A stretch of DNA of 64,000 nucleotides from Zygnema circumcarinatum SAG 698-1b (lineage: Eukaryota > Plantae > Zygnematophyceae): contig CM074822.1 in the NCBI GenBank assembly GCA_037447605.1, positions 1,697,492 to 1,761,491 on the forward strand. The letters are read 5' to 3'. Shown here one piece after another: positions 47,183 through 59,106 of this stretch. How positions within the stretch are numbered: position 1 is the first letter of the stretch; every line of letters begins with the position of its first letter. Made by a program: the position numbers and the translations under genes. The notes beneath the pieces are model-generated. The model worked only from the letters and a program-made list of their open reading frames with translations, was not told where the DNA came from and ran no database searches.

Positions 47183-47410
47183 TCAATGAGCTGCCATATT
47201 TTCGGGCCTCTTTTCCGAAATTTGCATCAGTTTTTCTCGGAATTGTTCCACTGTCTCTGAGGAAGAAAGCTCCGATGTGTTTGCAGGCGAAGACGAAGGG
47301 GACTGCGATATGGCCACCAGACGTTCCATTATCGACTGCCTCTCAGTTCCAATGTCGATGCCAGAGGATGGCGCTCCAAAAGCCTCCTTGTTTGCAGCGC
47401 TTTCCGCCAT
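47183..47410 (-). CDS. Small orphan ORF (75 aa, MAESAANK..), possibly preceded by a 5' UTR intron
   Basis: GCCATGG start just after a strong acceptor TTGCTTTTTCCCCAG (47433). Candidate donor CCAG|GTCAGC near 47955. No recognisable domain. Confidence 0.3.
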   Translation of the reverse strand: MAESAANKEAFGAPSSGIDIGTERQSIMERLVAISQSPSSSPANTSELSSSETVEQFREKLMQISEKRPENMAAH

Positions 47411-47701
47411 GGCCCTCCTGCTGCTACTGCTCTGGGGAAAAAGCAAGTCCTGGTCTCCTGCTGAGAGAGAGCAGGACCTTGTCAAGGCTGGAGGCTCTCC
47501 AACAGTGTATATGTAACTGGTACTATCACTGTTGAACTATCAAGGTAACTGTGAAACAGTAACAGTGACTAACATTTATTTCACAAATTTAATGAAATGT
47601 GAGCATGGAACGTCTGTCAGACGGATCAGCTCCGTTCCGAGCATACATGTAGACAGCGAACACCGCCAGTTCCCCGATCCAACCGCAAACTGGCACTACG
47701 T

Positions 47702-47748
47702 TGACGTCACGGAATTGTGACGTCACATAATTCTGCCTCGTGACGTCA
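47702..47748. promoter_or_regulatory. Cluster of three perfect C-box/CRE palindromes TGACGTCA
   Basis: TGACGTCA at 47702, 47718 and 47741, plus TAACGTCA at 47752. Confidence 0.5.
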
Positions 47749-48851
47749 ATTTAACGTCAGCGGCAGCCTGACATACCGTACTACGTATGGAGGAGTCATG
47801 ACCGTACGGCAAAGTATGACGAATTGACGATTCATGCTGACATGGCAAGTTTTCAAATGACCCTGCTGATGTGGACCAACTAGGCGTCATGTGACACCTG
47901 GACGAGGAGCAGCGCTGGCGCTGAGAAGTGTGCTCACGTGGCATGAATTGCTGACCTGGACGCCCACATAGGACGACACGTGGAGGCTGCTCCCCGAAAG
48001 CAGAAGCCATGCAAGGGGTCGGGTCCGAATGAATTCTTGAGTGGGAAGAGAATGGGAGAGCGGAGTATGAATGCGAGAGAGAGAGAAGAATGTGAGAGGG
48101 AGGAGAGCGTGTGAGAGAGAAGTGAGGAGAGTGACGCGAGAATATGTGTACGTGTGTGAGAGAAGAGAGGGACGAGAGAGAGTGTGTACGTGTGAGAGAG
48201 AAGAGAGTGTGTACGTGTGAGAGAGAAGAGAGAGTGTACGTGTGAGGGAGGAGTGAGAGAGAGAGACAGAGAGCGACAGTGTTCGTGCTGAGGATAAGGA
48301 TGGATGAGGCAGTGAGACGTCGGTCGACCATTTTGGGTCACGGGGAGCGCCATGCAGAGTCAGGTGATAGTCAGCAGTCCGAAGAATAATCTGATGCGTT
48401 TCCTCCGTTTGTGCAGGTGCAGGTCCTAGAGCATTGTTTGATGGAATAAAAGTAGAATTGTTTGATGGAATCATATGAGCAATAATAATAATAATATCTT
48501 TTGAGCGATGAATCTTATTGTTTTCTTTCATGTTTCTGATTGTCAATTGAGCATATTATTTCCGTGTAAACACCCTAGTGAGGGGGGAGGGGGGGACAGG
48601 GGAGGGGGGGGAGTTGGGAGGAAGTTCAGCTGTTTCAGCTGTTACTGCATGTAACGCCTATGTCTTGATTGAATCTATCGATGCATCGAATCCTAGTAGA
48701 AAGCATGACTTATTGGAGCTACTTCAATGGTTGTCTTGCCCTAAAACAACTGCTTCCGTCCGTCAGTTTACAGCATTTTTCTTTTCTTTTCTTGATTATG
48801 CCTCACACGATGTTCTTTAGTGGATTTGCAGATTTCTGGTCGGAAGGGGGG

Positions 48852-49533
48852 ATGCCTGTTCACGCACCAAAGACGCTTCCATGTCTTCAGTTGAGGTATT
48901 CATAACAAAGCTATGATAATTTTACATTTGCGTGCTTTGGATGAGGCTCAACGTAAACTCAATCTGTTGAAATATGCAGCAATCAACCAATCAATCAATC
49001 AATCAAGCTTTAGGACAGGTTTGGGTATGAATATAGCTTGCTGCGCTACTTTATTGTGCAGTCGCCAGCCTGCAGCAGCGGCAAACAGCTCAACAGGTAC
49101 TGCGGAGCTCCGCAAGGCCCAAGCTTATGCTCCAAATCCAAAATTGGACGATCCAGAACTAGCGAAAAACCTTGCCGAGTCCGCTAAAAGCGAAGCAAAA
49201 AAACCGCAAACTTCAAATACTGAATCGAGTACTGAAGAAGAAATCGATGAGAGCAGCTCGCAAGCGAACCTCTATGCGCCGAATTCAGGAGCAAAGGTCC
49301 ATTCCAAGCCTGCGAAAGAGAATTATAACTCGCAACTTCAGCTTTATTCACCGGAGGCAGCACTTCAATTGAACGATCAGGATGGCCAAAGTGAAGGGAA
49401 GGACGAGAAGCATATGGGAGCTCCTAATGAACGAAAAACTGACAAGAGGAGCCGTCCCAAAAGGAACCTTGGGGGAGCGGAAGTTGACCCTAACTTGCTT
49501 CTGGAAGGTGAAGGGACCCGGTCACGGCTGTGA
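48852..49533 (+). CDS. Hydrophilic orphan protein (~171 aa), two exons
   Basis: Exons 48852-48895 and 49062-49533 join in frame. Coding-like charged sequence with repeated AYAPN/LYAPN/LYSPE motifs. Start uncertain. Confidence 0.45.
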
Positions 49534-49978
49534 ATAATATGCTGTGGAAAAACGCAGAATGTCTTCTGGTAGTGAGCCTATTTTGAAGCTTCAAACAAGG
49601 CGAGGGAAAGGGAAGTAGAGCTTAGAAGGATAGGGCTCGTGTTAGGGTTCTTCCAAGAACGAAAGCAGAACTAAAAAGAAAGAATTTTAGGTGAAATCTT
49701 GGCTGGACTTTGAAATGGGTTTGGAAGTTTTAGCAATGGAGTGTAGGATGAAAGTGGTTTCAATTGAGCATGGGAGAAGAGGCTATGGCGGTTGCATGCT
49801 TACCGAGAGAGATGCCTTGCAGAGCTGCAGGTGTAGAAACATGCCATGCAATGGTATTTGAAGATTTTCGCTTTGAGTTGTACTACAGAGAGATAACTAA
49901 CTCCCAGTGAATGTTGAAAAGATCCCTAAAAAGGAAGTAACAAAAAAAAAAAAAACCCTTGTTTGGAAAAATCGTTAC

Positions 49979-50711
49979 CAACGGTCAAGATTAAAGGACA
50001 GGTTTACCGTATAGCTACATGCTGCCCTGCATGAGGCGCAGCAAAGAAGGTACAAAAAACATTATCGAGACAAAGTAATTACAAACTTGACCACTGCAGC
50101 ATTCACGCAGTTCGATATTCCCAACGGTTGCGATTCAAAACTTTCCAAAATTTGAAAAATCCTAGCGACGAAATTTTGTTCAGAAGCTATTACATTCCGG
50201 GTCTCTTTTACTTGCCGTGTCGTGTTGGCGCACGCGTGAACAACGGTTCAGATTCAAACAATTTCCAAAATTAAATGCCCGAGACAGAATTTTGTTCAGA
50301 AGGTATTACATTTCTTCCAAATTTCAAAGTTGCCGCGAAACGTCGATCCATGTGTAATCGACGGTTGCGATCCAATCATTTCCAAATTTAAATTCCTAGG
50401 ACGGAAATTTGTTCAGGAAGTCCCATTTCTTCAGACTTGCCGTGAAATGCCGGCGCACGTGTGAACAACGGTTGAGATTCAAAAAATCTTCAAAATTTAA
50501 ATCCCAAAGGCAGAATTCTGTTCAGAAGGAATTACAACTTTGGTCCAATTTCCAATTTTTTCAGACTTGCCGCGTAACGTCGACGAACGTGCGACGGTTA
50601 CGATCCAGAAATTTCCAAATTTAAATCTCGAGGACGGAAATTTGTTTAGACGTTACTACATTCCTGGTCCCATTCCCCCTTCCCGGGGGGCCCAACGGAA
50701 TCCTGCAACGG
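49979..50711 (+). promoter_or_regulatory. MSA-like (CAACGG, MYB3R-type) motif array upstream of the coiled-coil gene
   Basis: CAACGG at 49979, 50122, 50241, 50466, 50693 and 50706, all on one strand. CGACGG variants at 50359 and 50592. Confidence 0.55.
50120..50670. repeat. Degenerate ~115-bp minisatellite x5 with alternating A/B unit types
   Basis: Units start at ACGGTT near 50123, 50242, 50360, 50467 and 50593. Each carries ..GATTCAAA..TTTCCAAA.TT..AATTT.GTTCAG(A)AG.. Confidence 0.8.
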
Positions 50712-51637
50712 TCACTGGGCCCCCGCCTCCCCTTCAAACCAAAAATTTGAATGGCGCTCCAAATCCTGGAAGCTCTCCTTCCCCTCTCTCTCCCTTCAAA
50801 GCCTGCTCCCTCTCCGCACAGGGCGGCCATGGCCTCTCTCACTCCTTAGCATCTCTCCTCCGCCTCTTTTTTCAGGGAGTCTCTTCTTGAAGGCTGTGCA
50901 GTCGCAGCAGTCGCAGGAGAGAGTTTGCGGGATTGAGAGTTTTGGCGTAGAGCTCGTAGGGAAGGGGAAATCTGAAGGAGTTGCAGTTGTTTGGTGCAGA
51001 AGCTATATACTGGAGGGGATTTGGATAAATATTTGTTTAGTACTCGGGCTGTGAGAGGCAGGCTCTTTTTGTTTAGTTGTTTTTGTATTAAAGGCCGTAG
51101 GAAAGAAAGGGAGGAGGTTTGTGGAGAGCAGGTTCAAGCAGATAATGCTAGAGGGGTTCTGATAGGCTGTTGATATTGAAGATTCCATCCATTTGCTTGA
51201 GAAATGGAGTTTTGAATCTGCATCTCGAGAAGCTGAGGAATATTTTGATTGATTGTCAAAATGGTAAGCACATATCTTTTTTACAATACTCTTGGAGCGT
51301 ACTCGCGAAAGACTCACTTTTCTTTTCAGCCATGACGAAAATTTCCTACTTTTCATATGGAAATATTCCTTAAACAGGAAGCGATTGCTTTGTCCTCTTG
51401 CAAATAAATGGAAGCATACTTTGCAGGAACTGCAACATGAAGTGGTTGGACAGCTTAGCTTGTCTGTCGTATCCATAGCAGGCGCATTAACCAAAAAATT
51501 GCGTAACCCGTGTTTAGACTAAATAAAGCTGCGACTTCAGTGTTGATTTCAGTCATTAGAGGTCATTTACGCGCACGACGATGATGGATTGCTGGCTTTA
51601 AGGGAACTTCTGTGGGGGGGCATAGCAGTTGAACCGA

Positions 51638-54600
51638 ATGTCTTCCACAACTGCGAAGGCCTTGGAGGATAAATGCCGCACAGCAATGGATGCTGCAGAG
51701 CAAGCAAAGGCGGAACTCAGCAGGAAAGAGGCGCAAGTTGAGAATTTGCAGCAAATGCTGCAGCGAGCTAGAAAGGTATGCACTCATGTTGTGGGGCGCA
51801 ATTTTTTCTCTGCTTTTGGAATGGAGAGGATACAGTGTTGGCGGAAAGGGTGTCCCCATGGAAATGTTGAGGTTGATATTTGGTCTTTGTCTTTCTGCTT
51901 GAGGTTTTCATTGTTCCTCGGTCTCTTTTTACATATATTGACAATTACGTCATCTGCATGGGCAGGATCTCGAAAGGGAGAAAAGCGAGAAACAGCAACT
52001 AACTCAGGTAAGAAAGATCTATACCTGGATGCTGAAGTAGATTTGCGATCTAAGGAAATGGATTTGCTCTTATATCCGCGAGTTCGAGGAATGCAATATA
52101 TCTATAAACTCTGTGCAATCTACTTTGGTATCTACTGTGTTAATCAACAAATAGGCATGTTGCTGAATTACCCTTCGGTTATCGAGATAAATCAAGTTTG
52201 CTTGTTGAGTCGGATTCAGGAGATTCTCAGATTGATTGTAATGTGTCTGTAACGTATGTTCCTGTGTGCAAAATGCACGAAAATGGACAAATTAATACTT
52301 GGAATGTAAATAAGGTCAGCGAAATTTGCTCTGACTTCATGTTTTCTGGTGTTGATCTATACTTCCATACAGGTGGACAGTCAGTTAAAGGAGGTTTTGG
52401 AACGAGAAGCCAACATGCAAGAGCAGCTCAAAAAGTCGTTATCTGAGCTAACGGTTTTGCAAGCTCGAGAAGGGAATCTGAGGAAAGCGCTGGATGTCAG
52501 TCGTAAACAGGAAAAGGAGCTTCATGGGAAGTTGGACGAAGCCATTGAATCATGCGCAACAATTGAGAAGAAATCTGAGTCTCAGCTCATGATAGTTAAG
52601 AGACTGGAGGATGAAGCGAGTCATCGGAAGAAACGGGAAGAAATGTTTGACGTTACGTTAAAAGCAGCTGAGAAGAAATGGCAAGAGACAAAAGAAGAGT
52701 TGAATGAGATCCTCAAGATGGAGAAAGATTTAAGGTGCGAAGTGGAGGCCCGGCAGGAAGAATTAGAAGATACGAAGAAGGAGCTTCGTAAGGAATCACT
52801 GGCAAGAGAGAGAGCAAATTTGCAGGTCTCCACTCTACAGAAGCAGTTATCAGATGTGAGGGCTGAAATGGAAGCACTTTGCAAAGAAAAGGAGGAGATA
52901 CTTGGCCAGTATGACGAACAAAATGAGCTGCTTAAGAACGTCACTGAAGCGAATCAGAACTTGCTGCAGAAGAAACAGTATTTGGAGCAGTCGCTGGCAG
53001 CTTTGGAATCAAAGGTGGAGGAAGCGAAGAAGGAGGCTGAGAAGAGGGAAGACGCCGTCTCTTCTCTAGAGAAGAAACTGGAAATCGCTGAAGAATCGCT
53101 TGGTAATAGGGAAGCTGAGGTCAAAGAGATGACAGCTCAAATTCAGCGACTTGTTCAAGAAAAGGAGGCTGCCAACAAAGAGTTGCAACACGTAACTCTG
53201 CAAGTAAGCGAACATATTTGTCATCGCTTTTGCATAGACCTACAAGGCTGCTTGCATCTTCTACATACTAACCAGTTTCACAGCCGTTGCAGAAAATGAG
53301 CAGGTTCTGCTGTTCTGACATCGCGTATGCTTAGGGAAAGATCGCTTCCCGATACGAATATGCACAGATTTTGACTCTCTCTAATGCTTTCTTTTTCAGG
53401 TGGCGGAGCTGCAAGTACAGCTCGAAGAGGCGGAAGTTGCAGCCTCAACAGGAGAGAATCTCGTTGTCTCCTCTGATTGGGCTGTGCGAGAAGTTGCTAA
53501 GCAATTAGAAAGCTCCAAAAAGGTATGCATTCGATTGAAAGGAAGAACTCCGTCATACTCCTCATACTCCGACTTATGTCTACTTTAACATCTTAGTAGA
53601 CTTTTCATAGCTGAGCTGCTGGGTCGGATAAAACCTCCTTGATCTATTTGCTTCACTTTCTTTAATCCAAACCCAATGGTCTAATCTCTTTCAGGAACTG
53701 CTGGTTTGTAGAGGCTATGTGAGGGATTGACCTTTACCCAGGATGGGCTTGTTGTGCTTTGGCAGCTTGTAGCGGAAAAAGAAAAGGAAATTTCGGATCT
53801 GCTTGAACAAACGACTCACCTTCAACATCAAGTTGAACACACGGAACAGCGAAGAGAAAGGGCTGTGGCTCGGCTGGAAAGTTCGAGAGCAAAGTTTTTA
53901 ATGGCGGATGAAGAGATTAAAAAGCTCAATGGAGACGTTCAGGATAGAGAAGGAAAAATCGTCCAAGCGAAGGAGAGGGAGGAAGATCTCGAAAAGCGAT
54001 TGAACGATGCTTTGGAAGAAATGGATCAAAGGGCAGCCGAGTTCGAGAAAACGTGCAAGGATGTGAAGGAGAAGGAATGGCAGATTGAGAACTTGCAGGT
54101 TTTGATTCAGAAACTGAAAAGTCAGGAAACAGAAAAAGACAGAGATTCAGTGCAAGCCTCGCAGGAGATGGAGATGGAGATGGAGAAGGAGATTGAGGTT
54201 GAGAGAGCAGAAAATTTTGAGGCAGAAACGAGAGAGAACTTGTTGAATGAAGCAGAACTGGAGAAAGGGAGGCTGCAAGTGGAGCTGATTGACCTCACGG
54301 GTAAAGTAGAGTGGCTAGAGAGAGAGAAGGCAGACTTATCGCGGCAGATAGAATCGCTAGAAAAGGAAAACAGGTCCTTGGAGACTGCAAAGCATGAAGC
54401 AGTTTCCTTTTCCAAGGAGATCGAAAAGAAGAACGAGGAAATAGAGAAGCTGAAGCGACTAGTGGAGTCCATGAAGGTTGAGACAAGGGACAAAGAAGGC
54501 TCCTTGAATGTGGTGATGGGACAGAACGGAGAGAGAGCGGAAACAGGGAAAGATTCTGTGCTGAAGTCTCGTCCAGTGGATATCACTAAAGGGATGGTTC

Positions 54601-57130
54601 TAAAGCCTTACGTGGATGAGGTGACGAAGACTCGAGAAAAAGTGATGCAGGCAGGCCAGAACACCATTAAAAGATTTGAGAATAATGGGTTTGAGAATAT
54701 GGCAATTTGGCAGCAGAAAAAGGTCCTTAGACAAAGAGGAGAGGATTTCCAAGAGACTACGATTCCGAACCCAGATGGAAATGCTTCTCTTGAATGTTAC
54801 ACTTTAATGGATCGCGAGTTAAAGGACAAGGAGGTGATGCAGGCAAAAGAAGAACTTGCTCAAAAGCAGGCCGAGCTGAAAACTGCTTTAGCTGAAGTGA
54901 CTACGTTGACTAGTCTGATCAAAACTCAGACTGCGACTTCTGAGGAGTTGAAGGTTGCCTTAATGGCGAAGGATTCCGAAATCTCTGTTCTTAAGTCGAG
55001 GCTGCTAAAGGGAGAAGGGGCTACAGAAGATCACCAAAAGGAGCTTTCGAAGGTCCGAGCAGAGTTGAGTCACGCTGAAGGTAAAGTAAAAAACGTTCAA
55101 TCGTCTCTGAAGTCTGCCACTGCTGCTTCCGAAATGAAGGATGCGGAGGTATGCCGAATATTGGCAGAAAAAAACAGAGAAAGCATGCGAGCAGAATCAT
55201 CTGCAAGTGAATTAGCGAGAGTGAAGTCTTCCTTGGAAAGGACTGCCTACGATCTTTCGGCTAAGAGTGAGGAGTTGGCAGACTTGAAGGCCAAGCTCAA
55301 GGAGAAGGAGGAAGTTGTCGAAAAGGAATTCAATCCGATGAAGAGAAGAATGGGAGTGAAGGATGGGAGCAGAATTCAGGATGCGGATGTGGAAAGGTTG
55401 AAGACGGAACTAAAGCAGTCAAAGGACAGGTTAGTTAGTACGGAGCGTGTACTGACAGAGGTAGAGACCTTGGCCAAAGATTTAAGAAAAGAAGTTGCAT
55501 CTTTGAAGGGAGAATTGGACAGAACTAGGCAGGTTAGGTCTGAACCTGTGCTAGACCTCTCGATCGAAATGTCACAAATTGATGGGAGCGACAAAGATGC
55601 GGTTATGACGAGGGTGAAGGATCTGCTACAGGAGGTGCAATCTCTAAAAGAAGAGGTAAAAAAGAAAGAGGAAGAGAGAGCTTCGTCGGAGCTGAAGATC
55701 AGAAACTTGGAGAAGACTGTCGAGAAATGGCGAGCATTTGAGCAGAATGCAAGAAAAGAGGCGAGGTCTTGCAGGCAAGAGATTGAACTGAATGGAAAGC
55801 TCCTTTCCGATGCTCGCCTCGATAGTGAGAAGAGGTTTGAAAATGAGCAGGCTATGGTGGGCCTGATTGAGAGCTTGAAATCCGAAGCAAAGGAAGCGAG
55901 AGAGAAGTGGGCAAAAGCAGAGAAGAGGATGGAACGCCTGGAAGCAGAGCATGCAGACATTTCTTGTTCCCTTGAAGGTAAGCAATCGCAGCTCATACAG
56001 TTGCAGGAGAAGTTGTCGAGCGTGGAGTTTGACCTTGTACGGGAAAAAGAGAATGCAATCCATGAGATAACAAAGCTTCAGTCGAGGGTGGAGATAGCTG
56101 AGGCTGAAGAGTTGAAGGCTAGAACGACAAGAGATGACATTCAAAGCCAATGGGAAAGTGCAGTGGAGCAGTTATCGAAATTGACAGAAGCGATGGAGGC
56201 CCGAGAAGTGTGCATGGCTAAGCTGCAGGAGAATATGGCCACATTGCAAAAGAATGCGATTGACGCGGATGAGCTGCGGGTGGAGGTAAAGAAGCAAAGA
56301 GAGTCAATCCAGATCAAAGATGAAACGATTGAGAAGCTTCAGAGGGAGTTCGCCGGGGTATCAGCGATCGCAGAGCAGACAACTGAAGCTTTGAAGCATA
56401 AGCAAGCTGAAGCAGCTTCCCTACAAGTACACTTGGCAGATATCTTGGAAAGACAGAAAGACTGGAAGGGGAAAATGGAGGAATTGAGGGAGAGAGTAGT
56501 GGAAGCGGAGCGGAATGAGATGACTGCGAGAGGCAGATTGGATGTAATCTGGCTCGAAATGGAAGGCGTGATGGCGCAGAAGAAGGTGATTGAAGGAGAA
56601 CTGGAGAAAGCTAATCAGAAACATTTTGGACCTTTGATGGAAAGAGACGGAAACAAAGCGCGAGAGCAAGGCGGAGCCAAAGTAGAGAGGGGAACGAAAG
56701 GTGGGACATATGGAGGTCCGGCCGGACTTTTTGAAAGCTCAAGGTGAGTTTACACCCGCAGGAAGCGGGTCTGAGTCTGGGAGCTCTATATATTGAATGT
56801 GCGGTTTTTTAAGCCAATGCTCTCCATCTCCCCCTCTCCCTCTCAAGCAGCGCCCCTCAGTCTTTCATGATCTTTTCCTCTCTCACGCTGTCTTGACAAT
56901 ACTTTGCTTGATTACCTTCAGGAAACTCGCATCAAAAGACAAAAATGAACTACCTTTCTGAGATCGTTTATGTATCAAATAATTGCGAACTTACATGTCA
57001 GTAACAATGTTTTTGCAGTGCTCGCGTGAAGAAGCTCAAGTCGCAGTCAGAAATCATGCAGCGATCTACAAGACCGGCAGAGCTTATTTCAAAGAGTGGC
57101 CATCTTAAATCCGAGGACGAAAATGCATGA
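51638..57130 (+). CDS. Very long coiled-coil protein of unknown family (~1407 aa)
   Basis: Exons 51638-51775, 51966-52007, 52373-53203, 53400-53522, 53766-56743 and 57019-57130 total 4224 nt in frame. E/K/L/Q-rich heptads throughout, with no catalytic or motor motif seen. Upstream spliced segments (51166-51262, 51427-51502) look non-coding. Confidence 0.85.
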
Positions 57131-58147
57131 GGACTTGAGAAAGGAAATGAAGGAAAGGAAGGAAATGTGGATAGGTGACGACGCTGAGAAGCAGCAGCAA
57201 TGGGGTATCATTGTTTGGGGGAATAAGGCTTTTGCGGTTGTTCGAATGAGAGATATGGAAGGGAGTAGGGTAAGAACCAGTATCAGTAGCCGAGTCAGAA
57301 TCATCTGACTGGTTAGCAGCTTGGCGTCTGGTTTCATCAAGACAAAATTTTAGCTATAGAAGAGTGTGTTGTAGTCCATTTTGGGTCTAGTCTGTTTGTG
57401 GGGACTAAGTCATTGGATCCGGTGAGTTTCAAAACTTCTCCTGAAACGAAGTAGAAGTAGCTTCATGGAGGTGTACCATCAAAGAAGTGAATGGCTGAAG
57501 AGGTAGCTGTCATCTCCTTGTGAGAAGTGGCAGCATACGGGATATTGATAGCTTGAAAGGACTTAGTAATAGATCTCCAGGATCTATTGCAAGTATATGA
57601 TTTCCATGTACTCCTGAAGTTATAGTTCTGTAAACGGGATAATATATGAGGCTTATTCTCAGTTCCTTTTCCTGTTTGTCTATGCCCCTTTTTCTAACCT
57701 TAGGGCTTAAGCTGATGATAAACCGATATAGGCCCCGTTAAACGCTTCTGTTCCCAACTCCCAAACTCCAACTCCAACTCCAACTTCAATCCCAAGTAAC
57801 TTATAAGCTCAACTCCGACGGAAGTGCAGACCGCTGCTGAAGCAGCAGGGTGAGCAGTAAGTACAACTTGAATTGACCTAAAATCAAAAGATTTTCGTTC
57901 GAGATGATAGGATTATCTTTCACACAACGATACCCACTTTCCCGCCTCAGCTCAAGAAGACACAAATAGCGGGATTCTGGGTCCCTTTGGATCCCTTTTG
58001 GGTCATTTGGGCCCTAAGAAATGCTCAGGACTACGTTCGCATAGCTTCAGCTTCAGATCATGTTGCGCTCCATTCCATGCCTCTTGCTGCTTCTCTTATA
58101 GATGTGAAATGCATAATTTTTTTTTAATCACAATATATCAGTTAAGT

Positions 58148-58302
58148 AGTAACTCGGTAGTTTTCCGCTCCTAGCTTCGTTTTATTGTGTTTCGGTCCTT
58201 TGTGACCAGTCCTTCGTGGTTCCACATTTTGCCTTTATCCATGTAAATTTGATGGCCTCGCCATCGCGAGTTCAATGAAAAGTTCAATGAAAGTTTGCGG
58301 TG
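58148..58302 (+). mobile_element. Extremely 5'-truncated, young CRE-like LINE copy (~155 bp)
   Basis: About 120 bp nearly identical to the reverse complement of 21517-21639. Ends with duplicated GTTCAATGAAA. Flanked by 10-bp direct repeat TCAGTTAAGT at 58138-58147 and 58303-58312. Confidence 0.8.
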
Positions 58303-58321
58303 TCAGTTAAGTGGAAAATGG

Positions 58322-58410
58322 CATTGAACTCACGATGGCGAGGCCATCAAATGTACATGGACAAAAGCAGCATGGGGAACCACGAGGAACTGGTCGCAGA
58401 TGACCTAACA
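58322..58410 (-). mobile_element. Second CRE-like LINE 3' end, inverted, adjacent to the previous copy
   Basis: CATTGAACTCACGATGGCGAGGCCATCAAATGTACATGG..CATGGGGAACCACGAGGAACTGGTCG, same subtype as 45962-46060. Confidence 0.75.
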
Positions 58411-58539
58411 ACAACAATCTTTTTCCATGCTTGGTTTTAGCACGGCACAGCATGGCATGGCATGGCATCGCACATGGTGAATTTCATGGAAGGTAAAAGC
58501 AATCCACGGAATTTGCCACTAGCCAGTCGGCAGCGTTTC

Positions 58540-58975
58540 CATCTGACGTGGCTGGCGGCGATTGGGTCGTGCCTTACAAGAAAAAAAAGTACAGTACGTA
58601 TGAAGCGTACGATTGGCCAATATCCATGATCATCTGCATGGATCTGCATGGCGGTGTTCACGCGCCGGCGATCTTTCTCTGGACTGTTGGCGTGGGGCCA
58701 CTTGACGTGGGGACCCATGCATCCCCCCGTTTTGCGGCGCACGTTACCTAAGGATCTCACGCGTGCGCAAAGAGATCATGCGTGCAAGAACGAGTAGAAC
58801 ATGCAAATTGTCAAAAACGAGAGAGATTTTAACCTTACAAGTGGCGCATAAAGTGGCATTAACACACGCACCATGCTGACGTTTCTGTCCATGCTTGAAG
58901 CAATGAAGCAGACTCGTTGATTTCAGCCGCAATTGATTTCCGCCGTCCGCTTGGGCCCCTCACAGCACTATAAGA
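58540..58975 (+). promoter_or_regulatory. Cupin gene promoter with ABRE, CE3-like, RY cores and TATA-like box
   Basis: ACGTGGC at 58546. RY cores TGCATG 58635, TGCATG 58645, CATGCA 58716, CATGCA 58800. CACGCGTG at 58758. TATAAG at 58969. Confidence 0.55.
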
Positions 58976-59106
58976 GCTTGGACAGCAGGCAGTGTGTCTC
59001 AGTAGGTGCGGAGAAGTGGAGTGCAGGGGAAGGTTGGAAAGGAGGTTGATTTTGCTTTCTGAGGAATTGAACTTTCTCTCTGCGGGGGTGCCTACTAGTG
59101 CTCAAG

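Noticed and set aside
51166-51502. Two spliceable segments upstream of the coiled-coil ATG as coding exons
   Set aside because: Splice phases give in-frame stops when joined. More consistent with 5' UTR exons.
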